From IMG/VR virus record IMGVR_UViG_3300023196_002944, positions 8,655 through 72,654 of that record: 64,000 nt of DNA; one strand, 5' to 3'. The first letter of the stretch is position 1; each line of letters begins with the position of its first letter. The translations under genes and the position numbers were made by a program. This stretch comes from a virus. The notes below the pieces were generated by a model. The model made no database searches, was not told the origin of the DNA, and saw nothing but the letters and a program-made list of their open reading frames with translations. Shown piece after piece: positions 9,951 through 19,895 of this stretch.

Positions 9951-10448
9951 ATGGAATGGTTAGACGGTCTATTAGGCATCGCTGCCACGGCTGGATCAGG
10001 CGGGCTATTCGGAGTAATTGGTGGGTTAGTCGGGGCCGTGGGGAAGTACTTCGGGGAGAAGCAGCGCCAAGCATGGGAAGTCCAGAAGCACGCCATGATG
10101 CTGGATACCATGAAGATGAGGCAGCAGATCGCGGCGAGTCAGGGTTCGTGGGACGGCTTAACCGCCGCCATGACCCAACAGCGCGAACCCGAAAGCAGTA
10201 ATGTCCATATGTGGGTGAATGACATCCGCAGCCTGTTTCGGCCCATGTTCACCATCATGCTCTGGGTTCTGTCAGCCTACATTTTTTACCTCCTACTTAA
10301 CGGGGTTCTCGACAGTAAATTCAAGGCAGAGGGAGGTATTGAACTAGTCAAATACATCGTCCACAGCGTGATCTTCACAGCAGCGACTGCTGGCACGTGG
10401 TGGTTCGCTGATCGGGCGCTGATGCCGCCCGGTGCGAAGAGCAGATAA
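9951..10448 (+). CDS. Putative holin-like membrane protein
   Basis: Gly-rich hydrophobic N-terminus, WVNDIRSLFRP motif, two C-terminal TM helices ending WWFADR; RBS ggaggg. Confidence 0.6.
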   Translation: MEWLDGLLGIAATAGSGGLFGVIGGLVGAVGKYFGEKQRQAWEVQKHAMMLDTMKMRQQIAASQGSWDGLTAAMTQQREPESSNVHMWVNDIRSLFRPMFTIMLWVLSAYIFYLLLNGVLDSKFKAEGGIELVKYIVHSVIFTAATAGTWWFADRALMPPGAKSR

Positions 10449-10467
10449 ATTAAGGTAGACTGCGGCT

Positions 10468-12579
10468 ATGCCAGCGAAAATGACGACGGAAAAACTTGAA
10501 GCTTTCCTGTTAGATATACGGGATGAGCCGAATTGGCGTCTTGAAGCCAACAAGGAAATGGATTACTACGATGGCAATCAACTCGACAATGACATTCTGA
10601 GACAGATGGAAGATCGGGGCATGGCCCCGCTGATTCGCAATTTGATCGGGCCGACCATCGATGTCGTCTTGGGCATGGAAGCCAAGAACAAGCGTGACTG
10701 GAAGGTCGTGGGAGACGAAGAGAGCGACACAGATTCTGCCATGGCCATGAACCAGCGCATGCGTGATGCAGAGCGCATGTCCGAGGCCGACCTTGCTTGC
10801 TCTGATGCTTACGGCTCACAGGTGAAGGTCGGTCTCGGATGGGTCGAAGTAGCCAGAGAGTCTAATCCCTTCGCTTCTCCCTATCGCGTCAGGTACGTCC
10901 ACCGACGCGAGATGTTCCCTGACTGGCGTGACATCGAACGCGATCTGTCCAATTCTCGTTTTCTCGTTCGCAAACAATGGCATGACGAAGACATTCTGCT
11001 TCTGGCCTTCCCTGACCAGAAAGACAAGATCAAGGCGGCGATCTACGGCAACAACGCCATGCCAATGTGGCAGACGATTCAGGAAGCCGCAGAGACCGAT
11101 ATCGAACTGGCGCAGAATCTTGAGACGGCGTCGCGTAGCAGCATCAACGCAGAAGAGTACCGCGACTTTGATCGCAAGCGTGGTGCCCTGTTCGAAGTCT
11201 GGTACAAGGTTTATGAGCGGGCCGTTATCATGCGCCTCCCCGGTGGGCGCGTGGTCGAGTTCGATCTGAAGAACCCGAAGCATCAAGCCATTGCCAGTTC
11301 AGGTCAGGTCATTCTTGAGACAGCTATCATCCCGCGCATCCGGTTGTCGTGGTGGATTGGCCCCTACCAACTGGCTGACATCCCGAGCCCATACCCGCAC
11401 AACCGATTCCCCTACGTCCCCTTCTGGGGCTACCGCGAAGACCGTACTGGCATTCCGTATGGCCTGATCCGCCGCATGATGTCTCCGCAGGACGAGATCA
11501 ATTCTCGCCTGTCGAAGATGATGTGGTTACTTTCAGCCAAGCGCGTAGTCATGGACTCCGACGCCACAGTGTGGACGCACGAGCGAGTCATGCAGGAAGT
11601 CGGTCGCCCTGATGCTTTCATCATCCTGAATGAGAACCGGAAAAATAAGGACAAAGACGCCTTTCAGGTCGAGAGTGATTTCAACCTGTCGCAGCAGCAG
11701 TTCATGGTTCTGCAGGATGCTTCCAAGGCCATCAATGATACGGCTGGCGTCTATCAGGCCATGCTTGGCAAACAGGATCAGGGCGGGGCCGAATCCGGTG
11801 TTGCCATCAATTCGTTGGTCGAGCAGGGGGCCACTACGCTGGCTGAGATTAATGATAACTACCGTTACTCTCGTCGGCTTGTCGGTGAACAGTTGATGTC
11901 ATTGGTCCGTGAGGATATGCGTGACGATCCGCAGACTGTTTCGGTGGACTTCAACGGGCGGCGTCGTGATATTGAATTGAACAAACCAACACAGGATGAT
12001 CATGGGTACGTTTACCGCACCAATGACATCATGCTGGCAAAGATGCATGTCGAGTTAGAAGACGTGCCGAACACGCCGGCCTACAAGTCGCAGCAGTTAA
12101 TGCAACTGACTGAAATCACGAAGTCCTTGCCCGATGAACTCAAAGCGATTATTGTCGATCTCATTATCAAGGCGACTGATCTTGAACAGCGCCATGAAAT
12201 CGCAGATCGTCTTGCCCGAGCGACTGGCCAGAAGCCAACTAATATGTCGCCCGAGGAAGAGGAAGAGTACGAAGCCGCGCAGCAGAAGCAGCAGGAGCAG
12301 GAGCAGCTTGCTTTGCGCGAACTGGCAGCGAAGGTTGAGAAACTGGAGGCCGATGCAGAACTTTCCCGCTCCAAGGCTGATAAGACTGAAGCGGAAACGG
12401 ACATCCTTGAGGATGATGCGGTGCGTAAAGTGGACGTGCACGAACAAGAGGCAGGGTCACGCCGATTGGAAGATGCGCGTACATTGAGCGAAGCCGACCG
12501 CAACGAGGCCCAAGCAACCGCTGCGTTGCAGAAGCCAAAAGAATCGTCCGCTGGAACGACATCCAGCAAAAAGAAGTGA
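10468..12579 (+). CDS. Portal protein (P22/N4-like)
   Basis: 703 aa with motifs DYYDGNQL, NLIGPTIDVVLGME, GLGWVEV, RFPYVPFW, PQDEINSRLSK, ESGVAI and a C-terminal coiled coil; upstream of scaffold and capsid. Confidence 0.92.
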   Translation: MPAKMTTEKLEAFLLDIRDEPNWRLEANKEMDYYDGNQLDNDILRQMEDRGMAPLIRNLIGPTIDVVLGMEAKNKRDWKVVGDEESDTDSAMAMNQRMRDAERMSEADLACSDAYGSQVKVGLGWVEVARESNPFASPYRVRYVHRREMFPDWRDIERDLSNSRFLVRKQWHDEDILLLAFPDQKDKIKAAIYGNNAMPMWQTIQEAAETDIELAQNLETASRSSINAEEYRDFDRKRGALFEVWYKVYERAVIMRLPGGRVVEFDLKNPKHQAIASSGQVILETAIIPRIRLSWWIGPYQLADIPSPYPHNRFPYVPFWGYREDRTGIPYGLIRRMMSPQDEINSRLSKMMWLLSAKRVVMDSDATVWTHERVMQEVGRPDAFIILNENRKNKDKDAFQVESDFNLSQQQFMVLQDASKAINDTAGVYQAMLGKQDQGGAESGVAINSLVEQGATTLAEINDNYRYSRRLVGEQLMSLVREDMRDDPQTVSVDFNGRRRDIELNKPTQDDHGYVYRTNDIMLAKMHVELEDVPNTPAYKSQQLMQLTEITKSLPDELKAIIVDLIIKATDLEQRHEIADRLARATGQKPTNMSPEEEEEYEAAQQKQQEQEQLALRELAAKVEKLEADAELSRSKADKTEAETDILEDDAVRKVDVHEQEAGSRRLEDARTLSEADRNEAQATAALQKPKESSAGTTSSKKK

Positions 12580-12615
12580 CCACTCCGCGAACCCGAGCGA
12601 AAGAGGGATAGAGAA

Positions 12616-13767
12616 ATGGCAGGCGAAAACGCAATTGATCTGGACAAACCGGAAACATGGCCGGATGACATTGGCGAGTTAGAGTCTTTGACGGGCGGTA
12701 TCCCCGACCCGGAAGACGCTCCCGGCGATAAAGGGAAGACCACTGACTCAGATGACGATGACAAGCTGACGGACGAGGAAAAAGCAGCCGCTCAAAAGGT
12801 GGAAGAGGAAGAGAAAGCCAAGGCCGATGCCGACGCTGCGAAAGTAGCAGATGAGGAAGCCGCTGCAGCGAAAGCTGCAGAGGAAGCCGAAGCTGCCGCC
12901 GCTGCTGCGAAGGAGAAGGAAGAGGAAGAACTTCCGATTGCGACACGGGACGGCAAACAAACCATACCGTTCGAAGTCCTTCAGCAAGAGCGCCAAAAGG
13001 CTCGGGATGCGATAGCTCGTAATACCGAACTTGAGGCTGAACTTGAGGCGGCTCGTAAGGTTACTCCGGTCGATAAGACTGTAGTGACAGAAGAGGAAGC
13101 CGAAGAGTTTGTTGTCACCGAGGCCATGCAGGCGAAAGCCGATCAGTTGAAAGAGGATTGGGGCGAAGACATTGCGGAGCAGCACATCAACAGTCTGCGC
13201 ATCGCGTTTGACAATGAGCAGCTTCGTAAGAAAATCGACTCCCTTGAGACGGAGACAAGTCGCACTTCGGCAGCATCGAAACAGAGAGAAGAAACCGTGG
13301 TTCAGGCCGCGATTGACAACTCTCCTGACATGCTGGCGTGGCAGAGTGGGGACGCGGCCATGTATGACCGCTCTCTCACAATGCATGACACATTGATGGG
13401 TACTGACCCAACATATGCTGCGATGACTTGGGAAGAACGGTTTCAGGCACTTCCGAGCCGCGTTCGCGCTGCCTACGGAATGCCAGAGCCGAAACCCAAG
13501 GAAGACCCTCCGAAACCCAAGGAAGACCCTCCTGCCAAGACTCCAGAGGAAATTGAGGCGGAAGCTAAAGCTGCAGCCGACAAAGCTGTTGCTGAAGGCA
13601 AGCCTCCAAATTCCATGTCGGACCTTCCAAAAGGTGACACACCGATTGAGAAGACACCGATCGAAGCGCTTGAGGGGTTGGACAGTGTTGATATCCAGAA
13701 GAAAATGCTGGAGCTATCTGAATCAGACCCGGTGGCCTACGAGCGGTACATCAACTCTCTCATGTGA
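12616..13767 (+). CDS. Putative capsid scaffolding protein
   Basis: Acidic, A/E/K-rich, DGKQTIPFEVLQQER motif followed by a coiled coil; between portal and major capsid. Confidence 0.78.
   Translation: MAGENAIDLDKPETWPDDIGELESLTGGIPDPEDAPGDKGKTTDSDDDDKLTDEEKAAAQKVEEEEKAKADADAAKVADEEAAAAKAAEEAEAAAAAAKEKEEEELPIATRDGKQTIPFEVLQQERQKARDAIARNTELEAELEAARKVTPVDKTVVTEEEAEEFVVTEAMQAKADQLKEDWGEDIAEQHINSLRIAFDNEQLRKKIDSLETETSRTSAASKQREETVVQAAIDNSPDMLAWQSGDAAMYDRSLTMHDTLMGTDPTYAAMTWEERFQALPSRVRAAYGMPEPKPKEDPPKPKEDPPAKTPEEIEAEAKAAADKAVAEGKPPNSMSDLPKGDTPIEKTPIEALEGLDSVDIQKKMLELSESDPVAYERYINSLM
13489..13530 (+). repeat. Perfect 21-bp tandem duplication (PKPKEDP x2)
   Basis: ccgaaacccaaggaagaccct twice. Confidence 0.9.
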
Positions 13768-13811
13768 GCCTGATGGAAGGGGAAACAACGGTCTAAAATG
13801 AGGAACCTCTA

Positions 13812-15050
13812 ATGGCTCAGACCAATATCCCCTTTGGGCATCCCCTTGCCCGTAAGGTTTTCGGTGCGGCTGTCTTCGCAGAAGTGGTACGTGCCCCAAG
13901 CCTTACAAATCGCCTCGTCGGCCCGGCTCCCAAGCTGGGTCAGGCGACCGCAAAGCTGGAGAAGATGCAGACTTCAGCCGATTACCCAATTATTCGGGTC
14001 ACTGATCTGAATAAGGGTGCTGGTGATACCGTCAGTGTTGACCTGTTCAACATCCTTGAAGGTAAGCCGGTGATGGGTGATACCAAGCTGTCAGGCAAGA
14101 TGATGAAACTGACCTCGTCCAGCATGGACGTCCAGTTGAATCAGTGCCGTGGCGGCGTCGACACCGGTGGTCGGATGACGCAGCAGCGTACTATCCATGA
14201 CCTCCGTCGTGTCGGTCTTGCCGGCCTCGCCGGTTGGTACGCTCGGTTGGCTGAACAGCGTCGGTTCGTCCATCTGGCTGGTGCCCGTGGATCGCAGAAT
14301 ACTGCGGACTGGGTTATCCCGCTGGCTGCGGACGGTGACTTCAGCACCATCATGGTCAACTCGGTAGCTCCACCGACCTATGACCGTCACTTGTACTCGG
14401 GTGCAGCCAATGCGGCCCCTGCGGATATCGCAGCGGCGGATATGCTCGTACTGGATGACATCGACCGTATGCGGGCGCTCATTGATGAGCAGAACTTCCC
14501 GTTGCAGCCGGTGAAGTTCCCCGACGATCCGGCGGCGGAAGACGAGCCACTGTTCGTGTTGCTGGTTAGCTCACGTGTGTGGCATCACCTCCAGACGGAA
14601 ACCGGTTCTACGGCGTGGCGTACCTTCTTGATGAACGCTCGTGAGCGTTCTAGCAAGAACCCGCTGTTTACCGGAATGCCGGGGATGTGGAACGGAATCC
14701 TTGTTCGTAAGATGCCGCGTGCCATTCGGTTCAATCCGGGTGACGTCGTGACCATCGCCACGAACGCGGATACGCCGGGTACCACGACCAGTACGGTCGC
14801 TGCTGGCGTTACGGTTGATCGCTCAGTCTTGCTCGGTGCACAGGCACTGTGCGAGGTCTACGGTCGCCACACGTCGTCTGGTACTCACTTCAATTGGCAC
14901 GAAGAGAAGACCGACCATGAAAACACGCTGGAAGCGTCGATTGCGTCCATCACTGGCTGTTCGAAGCTTCGCTTCGCTGACAAAGCCGGTCGGACCAATG
15001 ACCATGGCGTCATGGTCATCGATTCTTCTTCGCCCACCATCGTCGCGTAA
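13812..15050 (+). CDS. Major capsid protein, N4-gp56/DUF4043 type
   Basis: 412 aa with motifs TDLNKGAGDTVSVDL, GGRMTQQRTIHDLR, NPLFTG, WNGILV, LLGAQAL, DHGVMVID; RBS gagga. Confidence 0.9.
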   Translation: MAQTNIPFGHPLARKVFGAAVFAEVVRAPSLTNRLVGPAPKLGQATAKLEKMQTSADYPIIRVTDLNKGAGDTVSVDLFNILEGKPVMGDTKLSGKMMKLTSSSMDVQLNQCRGGVDTGGRMTQQRTIHDLRRVGLAGLAGWYARLAEQRRFVHLAGARGSQNTADWVIPLAADGDFSTIMVNSVAPPTYDRHLYSGAANAAPADIAAADMLVLDDIDRMRALIDEQNFPLQPVKFPDDPAAEDEPLFVLLVSSRVWHHLQTETGSTAWRTFLMNARERSSKNPLFTGMPGMWNGILVRKMPRAIRFNPGDVVTIATNADTPGTTTSTVAAGVTVDRSVLLGAQALCEVYGRHTSSGTHFNWHEEKTDHENTLEASIASITGCSKLRFADKAGRTNDHGVMVIDSSSPTIVA

Positions 15051-15064
15051 GGGAGGGTTAGTAA

Positions 15065-15478
15065 ATGGCTGACTTCAACTTCACTGAACTGCGCCGTGAC
15101 CTCATCCCTGCGGGGACTTGGGGTAACGTCAACGTGGTTCTTGGCGCTTACACTGCTGATACGAATGAGAACACGACTGACCGTATCGCGCTGTGTAAGG
15201 TTCCGGGCAACGCCTTGATTCTTGGCTTTGCCTACACCATCGGTGACATGGGTACCGCTCAGACGTTCGACCTCGGTGTCGAGGCTGAAGACGGGCTACC
15301 TACTGCCCCGACGTCACTGGCGACTGCAATTGCAGAAGCCACCGCTGCGGTTGTCTGGATTCCCGGTGGTCTGGCCACGGTCGAGGATTCGTATATCTTT
15401 GCCACTCTTGGCGGTGCTGACATCACCGTTGCGGGCGACATCGATATCACGGTGTTCTACCGTTACGACAACGCCTGA
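15065..15478 (+). CDS. Putative capsid decoration/cement protein
   Basis: 137-aa beta-rich protein directly after the capsid gene and before a terminator-like hairpin. Confidence 0.6.
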   Translation: MADFNFTELRRDLIPAGTWGNVNVVLGAYTADTNENTTDRIALCKVPGNALILGFAYTIGDMGTAQTFDLGVEAEDGLPTAPTSLATAIAEATAAVVWIPGGLATVEDSYIFATLGGADITVAGDIDITVFYRYDNA

Positions 15479-15486
15479 TCGGCGTA

Positions 15487-15517
15487 GCCCCCGGCCAAAG
15501 TGGCCGGGGGCACTTTC
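15487..15517 (+). terminator. Probable intrinsic terminator after the capsid genes
   Basis: gcccccggcca-aag-tggccgggggc (11-bp stem) followed by a weak T-tract actttc; may be leaky. Confidence 0.7.
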
Positions 15518-15529
15518 AAGGGAGTAGGC

Positions 15530-15880
15530 ATGGAAACTGTCCGCTTAAAGTACGTAGGCGCAGAGCCTCGACTGGACCGAACACTGGATATCCCCATTGT
15601 GTGGATGCCCGGTGATGTCCGTATCTACCCCCGCCGCCTTCGGCCGAATAGTAAATTCTACAAGGCCATGAAGGGGCAAATCGGGAATGACGATATCGGT
15701 CTTCCCATCCCTGTTTTCCCAGAACGTATTTCCCCGCGAGACATCGAACGATCTATTAAATGGTATTCGCTGATGGAACTCGTTGAAATGCGCGAGGTGT
15801 ATCAGGCTGCAAAGATGCGCCAGCACCGCGACGTAGTCGACGAGGAAATCATCCGCCGGGAGGGTGAAGGTGAAACTTGA
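15530..15880 (+). CDS. Hypothetical protein
   Basis: ATG at 15530 with RBS gggag; the ORF-track start at 15500 lies inside the hairpin. Confidence 0.6.
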   Translation: METVRLKYVGAEPRLDRTLDIPIVWMPGDVRIYPRRLRPNSKFYKAMKGQIGNDDIGLPIPVFPERISPRDIERSIKWYSLMELVEMREVYQAAKMRQHRDVVDEEIIRREGEGET

Positions 15881-16586
15881 ACCTTTAGTTCGCCATCTAC
15901 GGTCCAAGTTATTGGACTTTGGCACCTACGTCGCCACGGACGAAGAGTGGATCGATGACGATGCCGACATGCTCTGGAAGAATGAGGAACTGGTCCTCTA
16001 CCTCCAGAGAGCGGAGGAAGAATTCTGCCGGCGCTATCCGATCATGGATCGCACTACGGCAGCGGTGTGTCAGGCTACAGTGACGCTGGCTGATCCCATC
16101 GTTGTTCTCGATCCCCGCGTCTTGCAGGTAGATCGCATCAAGCTGTCTACGGGCACGCAGTTTCTGAAGCAAATTTTCCTCACTGAACTGGAGGAAGTAA
16201 TACCAGATACGTGGGAAGCTGAGACGGGTGAGCCTACGCATTTCATCGAAGACTGGGAGCGCAATAAGCTACGGCTCTATCCGATCCCGATCACGACGGG
16301 CACAGCAGACATGCACGTTGGCCGCAACCCGCTGCGTGCACTCAAATGGGATTTTAATAATCGCTCCCCAGAGATTCCTGAAGTGTCGCATGCCCATCTT
16401 CTGGACTGGGCCTTGTATCTGGCCTACCTCAAGGATGACACCGAAGAAACGGCCGATGTGAAGCGGGCCATGACGTTCCGCGATCTGTTTAATGACAACG
16501 TCGGTGGTGATATCTCCGTGAAGGCCATGGAGGCTCGTAGGCACCACGCGGCGCGCCCTCCACGCACTCGGGCTTATGACCGATGA
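15864..16586 (+). CDS. Putative head-tail adaptor protein
   Basis: LWKNEELVLYLQRAEEEFCR, GEPTHF, LRLYPIP, PEIPEVSHAHLLDWALYLAYLKDD; typical podovirus adaptor pattern and position. Confidence 0.75.
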   Translation: MKVKLEPLVRHLRSKLLDFGTYVATDEEWIDDDADMLWKNEELVLYLQRAEEEFCRRYPIMDRTTAAVCQATVTLADPIVVLDPRVLQVDRIKLSTGTQFLKQIFLTELEEVIPDTWEAETGEPTHFIEDWERNKLRLYPIPITTGTADMHVGRNPLRALKWDFNNRSPEIPEVSHAHLLDWALYLAYLKDDTEETADVKRAMTFRDLFNDNVGGDISVKAMEARRHHAARPPRTRAYDR

Positions 16587-17767
16587 GTCAGTCAGTCAAC
16601 ATTGACCGGTTCTTGGGTCTGCGCAACAAGGTCGATGAGTTGCGTACGGTCACCGATGGCGGCATCGGTCTGACGCGGGCCGACAACATCTACATCGATG
16701 ATGAATTCAAGATGCAGTTTGCCGAGGGCACCACACGCGTGACCACGGAGATTTCACGCGAGTTGATTATCAGCCATGATGAACAACGGGCGTTGGTTAT
16801 CACAGGGACCACTTTACGAAAACTAAATGATGATCTGACGACCACGATGATCATGGATGGGCTGGACCCTACAGCCACGTATGACTACTGTGAGGTCAAC
16901 GAATTCATCTATCTGTCCTCGTCCAAGGGGGACTCATGGATCATCGCTCCTGACTTCACTGTGCGTGCGTGGGGGCTTCCATTGCCAGCACAGGTGGACC
17001 TGTTCTTCGTCGATGGCTATCTGGCTGCAGGTCGATACCAAGTCGCCTGCACATTCGTAGCGCCTGACGGCCGTGAATCCGGTGCGCCGCTGTCGACCGT
17101 ACTTGAGGTCGTGGACAGCAGTGCCTTGGTGATCAGCGATATCCCACAACTCGCTGGCCACCTGACGCGGGTGTACATTTCCTCCACAAACGGAACTGTG
17201 CTGTACCGCGCTTTCGAGACGACGCAGATTGTCGTGACGTGGAATGGTCCGGTCGACGAACTCGTTGAGCCGCTACGCACGCAGTTCCTGCGTCCACCTC
17301 CCGCTGCTGATCGCGTGGCCTACTACCGTGGACAGTTGATCCTCAGTTACTGGGATGCGCACCGGAACATTTCCATCCTCTATGGCAGTCAACCGTTGGG
17401 GTTTGAACTCTTTGATACCCTGAAGAATGCCAACGTCCTGTCTGGGCGAGTGCATGTGCTGCGGGGCATGAAGGAATATCTCGTTATTGGCACTGACAGT
17501 GAAATCTACATCTACGCCGATGATGACCTTACAAGGGTGGCCAAATATGGGGTGCCTTTTGGTAAATCGGATGTAGAATACGAGAAGAAGGTCTACTTCT
17601 GGTCAAACCGAGGCGTCTGTCGTGCTGCGCCTTTTGAGAACATGACCGAAGAAGATGTGAGTTTGCCTCCGGGTACGGATACCTACGGGGCAATCGTGGA
17701 GAGCGGCGGTGTTGAGAAATACGTCGTAATGCTCAATGATAGTGGCACAGCACGTAATGCTTACTGA
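16583..17767 (+). CDS. Putative tail nozzle/stabilisation protein (beta-propeller-like)
   Basis: N-terminal FLGLRN...ADNI motif, internal LAAGRYQVACTFV...GRES; follows the adaptor. Confidence 0.6.
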   Translation: MSQSVNIDRFLGLRNKVDELRTVTDGGIGLTRADNIYIDDEFKMQFAEGTTRVTTEISRELIISHDEQRALVITGTTLRKLNDDLTTTMIMDGLDPTATYDYCEVNEFIYLSSSKGDSWIIAPDFTVRAWGLPLPAQVDLFFVDGYLAAGRYQVACTFVAPDGRESGAPLSTVLEVVDSSALVISDIPQLAGHLTRVYISSTNGTVLYRAFETTQIVVTWNGPVDELVEPLRTQFLRPPPAADRVAYYRGQLILSYWDAHRNISILYGSQPLGFELFDTLKNANVLSGRVHVLRGMKEYLVIGTDSEIYIYADDDLTRVAKYGVPFGKSDVEYEKKVYFWSNRGVCRAAPFENMTEEDVSLPPGTDTYGAIVESGGVEKYVVMLNDSGTARNAY

Positions 17768-17779
17768 GAGGTAATTGAC

Positions 17780-18244
17780 ATGGCTATCCGCTTCAGCACC
17801 GGTCTTCGGGATAACATTCTGGACACCGCCAATTTTGGTGCCATCTTCAACGATGGTGTCATCTACATTTACTCCGGCTCCCAACCTGCTTCTGCTGACA
17901 ACGCTGTCAGCGGCACGCTGCTGGCTAAGGTCACTGTTGACGCAGGTGCCTTCGCATTTGGCTCCCCGACCAACGGGTTGTCGTTCGCAGCGGCGGCTGT
18001 CGCAGGCCAGCTACTCAAGAACGCCGCCGAAACGTGGCAGTGGCTCGGTGAAGCTGCTGGCGTCGCCGGCTGGTTCCGCCTGATGGCCAACCCTGTCGAT
18101 AACCTCGGGGCTAGCACTACGCTGCCTCGCATGGATGGCACCATCGGTACGTTCGGGGCTGACCTGAACTTGTCGAATGTGAACATCGCTGTCAGTCAGG
18201 TGGGTACCATCGACACGTTCACGGCCACCATCAACGCCAACTAA
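17780..18244 (+). CDS. Virion structural protein, paralog A
   Basis: MAIRFSTGLRD...IYSGSQPASAD...SGTLL...GWFRL...PRMDG; RBS gagagg. Confidence 0.7.
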   Translation: MAIRFSTGLRDNILDTANFGAIFNDGVIYIYSGSQPASADNAVSGTLLAKVTVDAGAFAFGSPTNGLSFAAAAVAGQLLKNAAETWQWLGEAAGVAGWFRLMANPVDNLGASTTLPRMDGTIGTFGADLNLSNVNIAVSQVGTIDTFTATINAN

Positions 18245-18254
18245 GGGGTGAGCC

Positions 18255-18737
18255 ATGGCTGTTCAACTTAGCCGACGCGCTCGGAATTACCTTCTGGCTG
18301 AAGGTAATCTCAAGACGCTGATGGAAACAGCGGACATTGGTGCAGGAGCCGAGGGCTTCGTCCTCGACATCTTCTCCGGTGCCGCTCCGACCAACCCTGA
18401 AGATGTAGCATCCGGTACACTGATCGTCACGGTCAGCGAAGCCGGTGGAGGGACGACCCTTGGATTTGAAGCCTCCCCCGTTACGGGCAACGGCGCAATC
18501 GCAAAAGCGTCCGCAGGTGATTGGCGCGGTACAGCAATCGGTGCTGGCGGTACCATGGGGTATTTCCGGTTCAGGAAGATCAGTGATGCACAAGCAGCGG
18601 ATGGAGCGTTCACGTACCCACGCATCCAAGGAAACGTCGCGCTTGCAGCGTCGGACCTCAATCTTTCCAGCACTTCCCTGACGACCGCGCAGATTCAGAT
18701 TATCCTTTCGTTTACGATGAATCTGCCCGTGATGTAA
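18255..18737 (+). CDS. Virion structural protein, paralog B
   Basis: MAVQLSRRARN...IFSGAAPTNPE...SGTLI...GYFRF...PRIQG; aligns with 17780..18244. Confidence 0.7.
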   Translation: MAVQLSRRARNYLLAEGNLKTLMETADIGAGAEGFVLDIFSGAAPTNPEDVASGTLIVTVSEAGGGTTLGFEASPVTGNGAIAKASAGDWRGTAIGAGGTMGYFRFRKISDAQAADGAFTYPRIQGNVALAASDLNLSSTSLTTAQIQIILSFTMNLPVM

Positions 18738-19895
18738 ATGGGCCGTCGCAAGTATATCCTGCTAGGAGATCAGAAAAGGGCAGCAGGTATGCTGCCCTTT
18801 GCGTATCGATTGGCAGATTCTCTGGCTGCACAAGACAGACGGCATGCTCGTCGGGAAATGCTTGACGGCACGTGGGTCGAAGTCACGCGCTACTCTGCCA
18901 GTGGACTGGAAGACATCCGCATCTTCGGCGGTTCGGGCTACGGTGCTGGATCGTACATCGTCGTTGAAGCGGATTATGTCCGCGACGGTGTAGATACGAT
19001 TTGGGGTTCCCCTCTCGGCACCCAACCGGGCTACCGAAATTACTTCGTCTATGCTGTGGATGGGTACACTGCCAAGACGAATCTACTGTTCTGGTTCTAT
19101 GGCGGCGATTCGCCTATGAGCAGCGCCATCGGCTCACGTGGGGCCAGCACACCTCCGCCAATTATTTATCCCTACTTTTTCAACAACGCGTTTGAAGGCA
19201 ACGGGGGGTTACTGCATTTGCATGTAGATAACCACTACAGCAACACGACTGGAGGCATGTACGCCGAGTATCTATTCGTGTCGGACACGCGGGACTTCGG
19301 CTCTTATACAGCAACCGTGGAAGGCTGGCAGATTTGGGTTGGTTTTGGTGAAGCCACATGGCCAGTAACCGTCTATGACGGTACGCTGCTAGGGCACATC
19401 TTCCTCCCCCCTGCACAGCGGATGGCAGCGAACCAAATTCGTGGCGATGAAACGTGGACATGGTCCTACAACATCAAGACGCAGGAGAGTGACACACCCG
19501 ATTGGACTCCCCTGATTGGGTACAAAATCGCCAACACCAACTACTATGGCTATACCTCAAATTTCTGGAATACGTGGGTCGATTTCAATAACGGTTCGCA
19601 CTTCCCTTATGCGATCTACAACCCTGACGGCGCGGGCACGGATGGCTACGACATTTACGGGCGAAGTGATGATTCAATCATTCGCGCTTTGAACGACATT
19701 GCCTACGACATGATCAGTTTCTTTAACTGGCGCGAAGTAAAATTATTCTGCGCTCTCGACTACCGTATTGGCGCGACAGAAGCCTATGGGGACATCGGTT
19801 TGTTCTCGGTCGACATCGTCGACTCCATTGGTGACGTTGGAGCGCACCTTGCTGGCTTCTGTGTATGCCCCCGGTGCCATTTCATTTATATGTGA
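18738..19895 (+). CDS. Putative tail/adsorption protein, N-terminal part
   Basis: 385 aa rich in Y/G/W/N; may continue into 19768..20583 through a frameshift. Confidence 0.6.
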   Translation: MGRRKYILLGDQKRAAGMLPFAYRLADSLAAQDRRHARREMLDGTWVEVTRYSASGLEDIRIFGGSGYGAGSYIVVEADYVRDGVDTIWGSPLGTQPGYRNYFVYAVDGYTAKTNLLFWFYGGDSPMSSAIGSRGASTPPPIIYPYFFNNAFEGNGGLLHLHVDNHYSNTTGGMYAEYLFVSDTRDFGSYTATVEGWQIWVGFGEATWPVTVYDGTLLGHIFLPPAQRMAANQIRGDETWTWSYNIKTQESDTPDWTPLIGYKIANTNYYGYTSNFWNTWVDFNNGSHFPYAIYNPDGAGTDGYDIYGRSDDSIIRALNDIAYDMISFFNWREVKLFCALDYRIGATEAYGDIGLFSVDIVDSIGDVGAHLAGFCVCPRCHFIYM

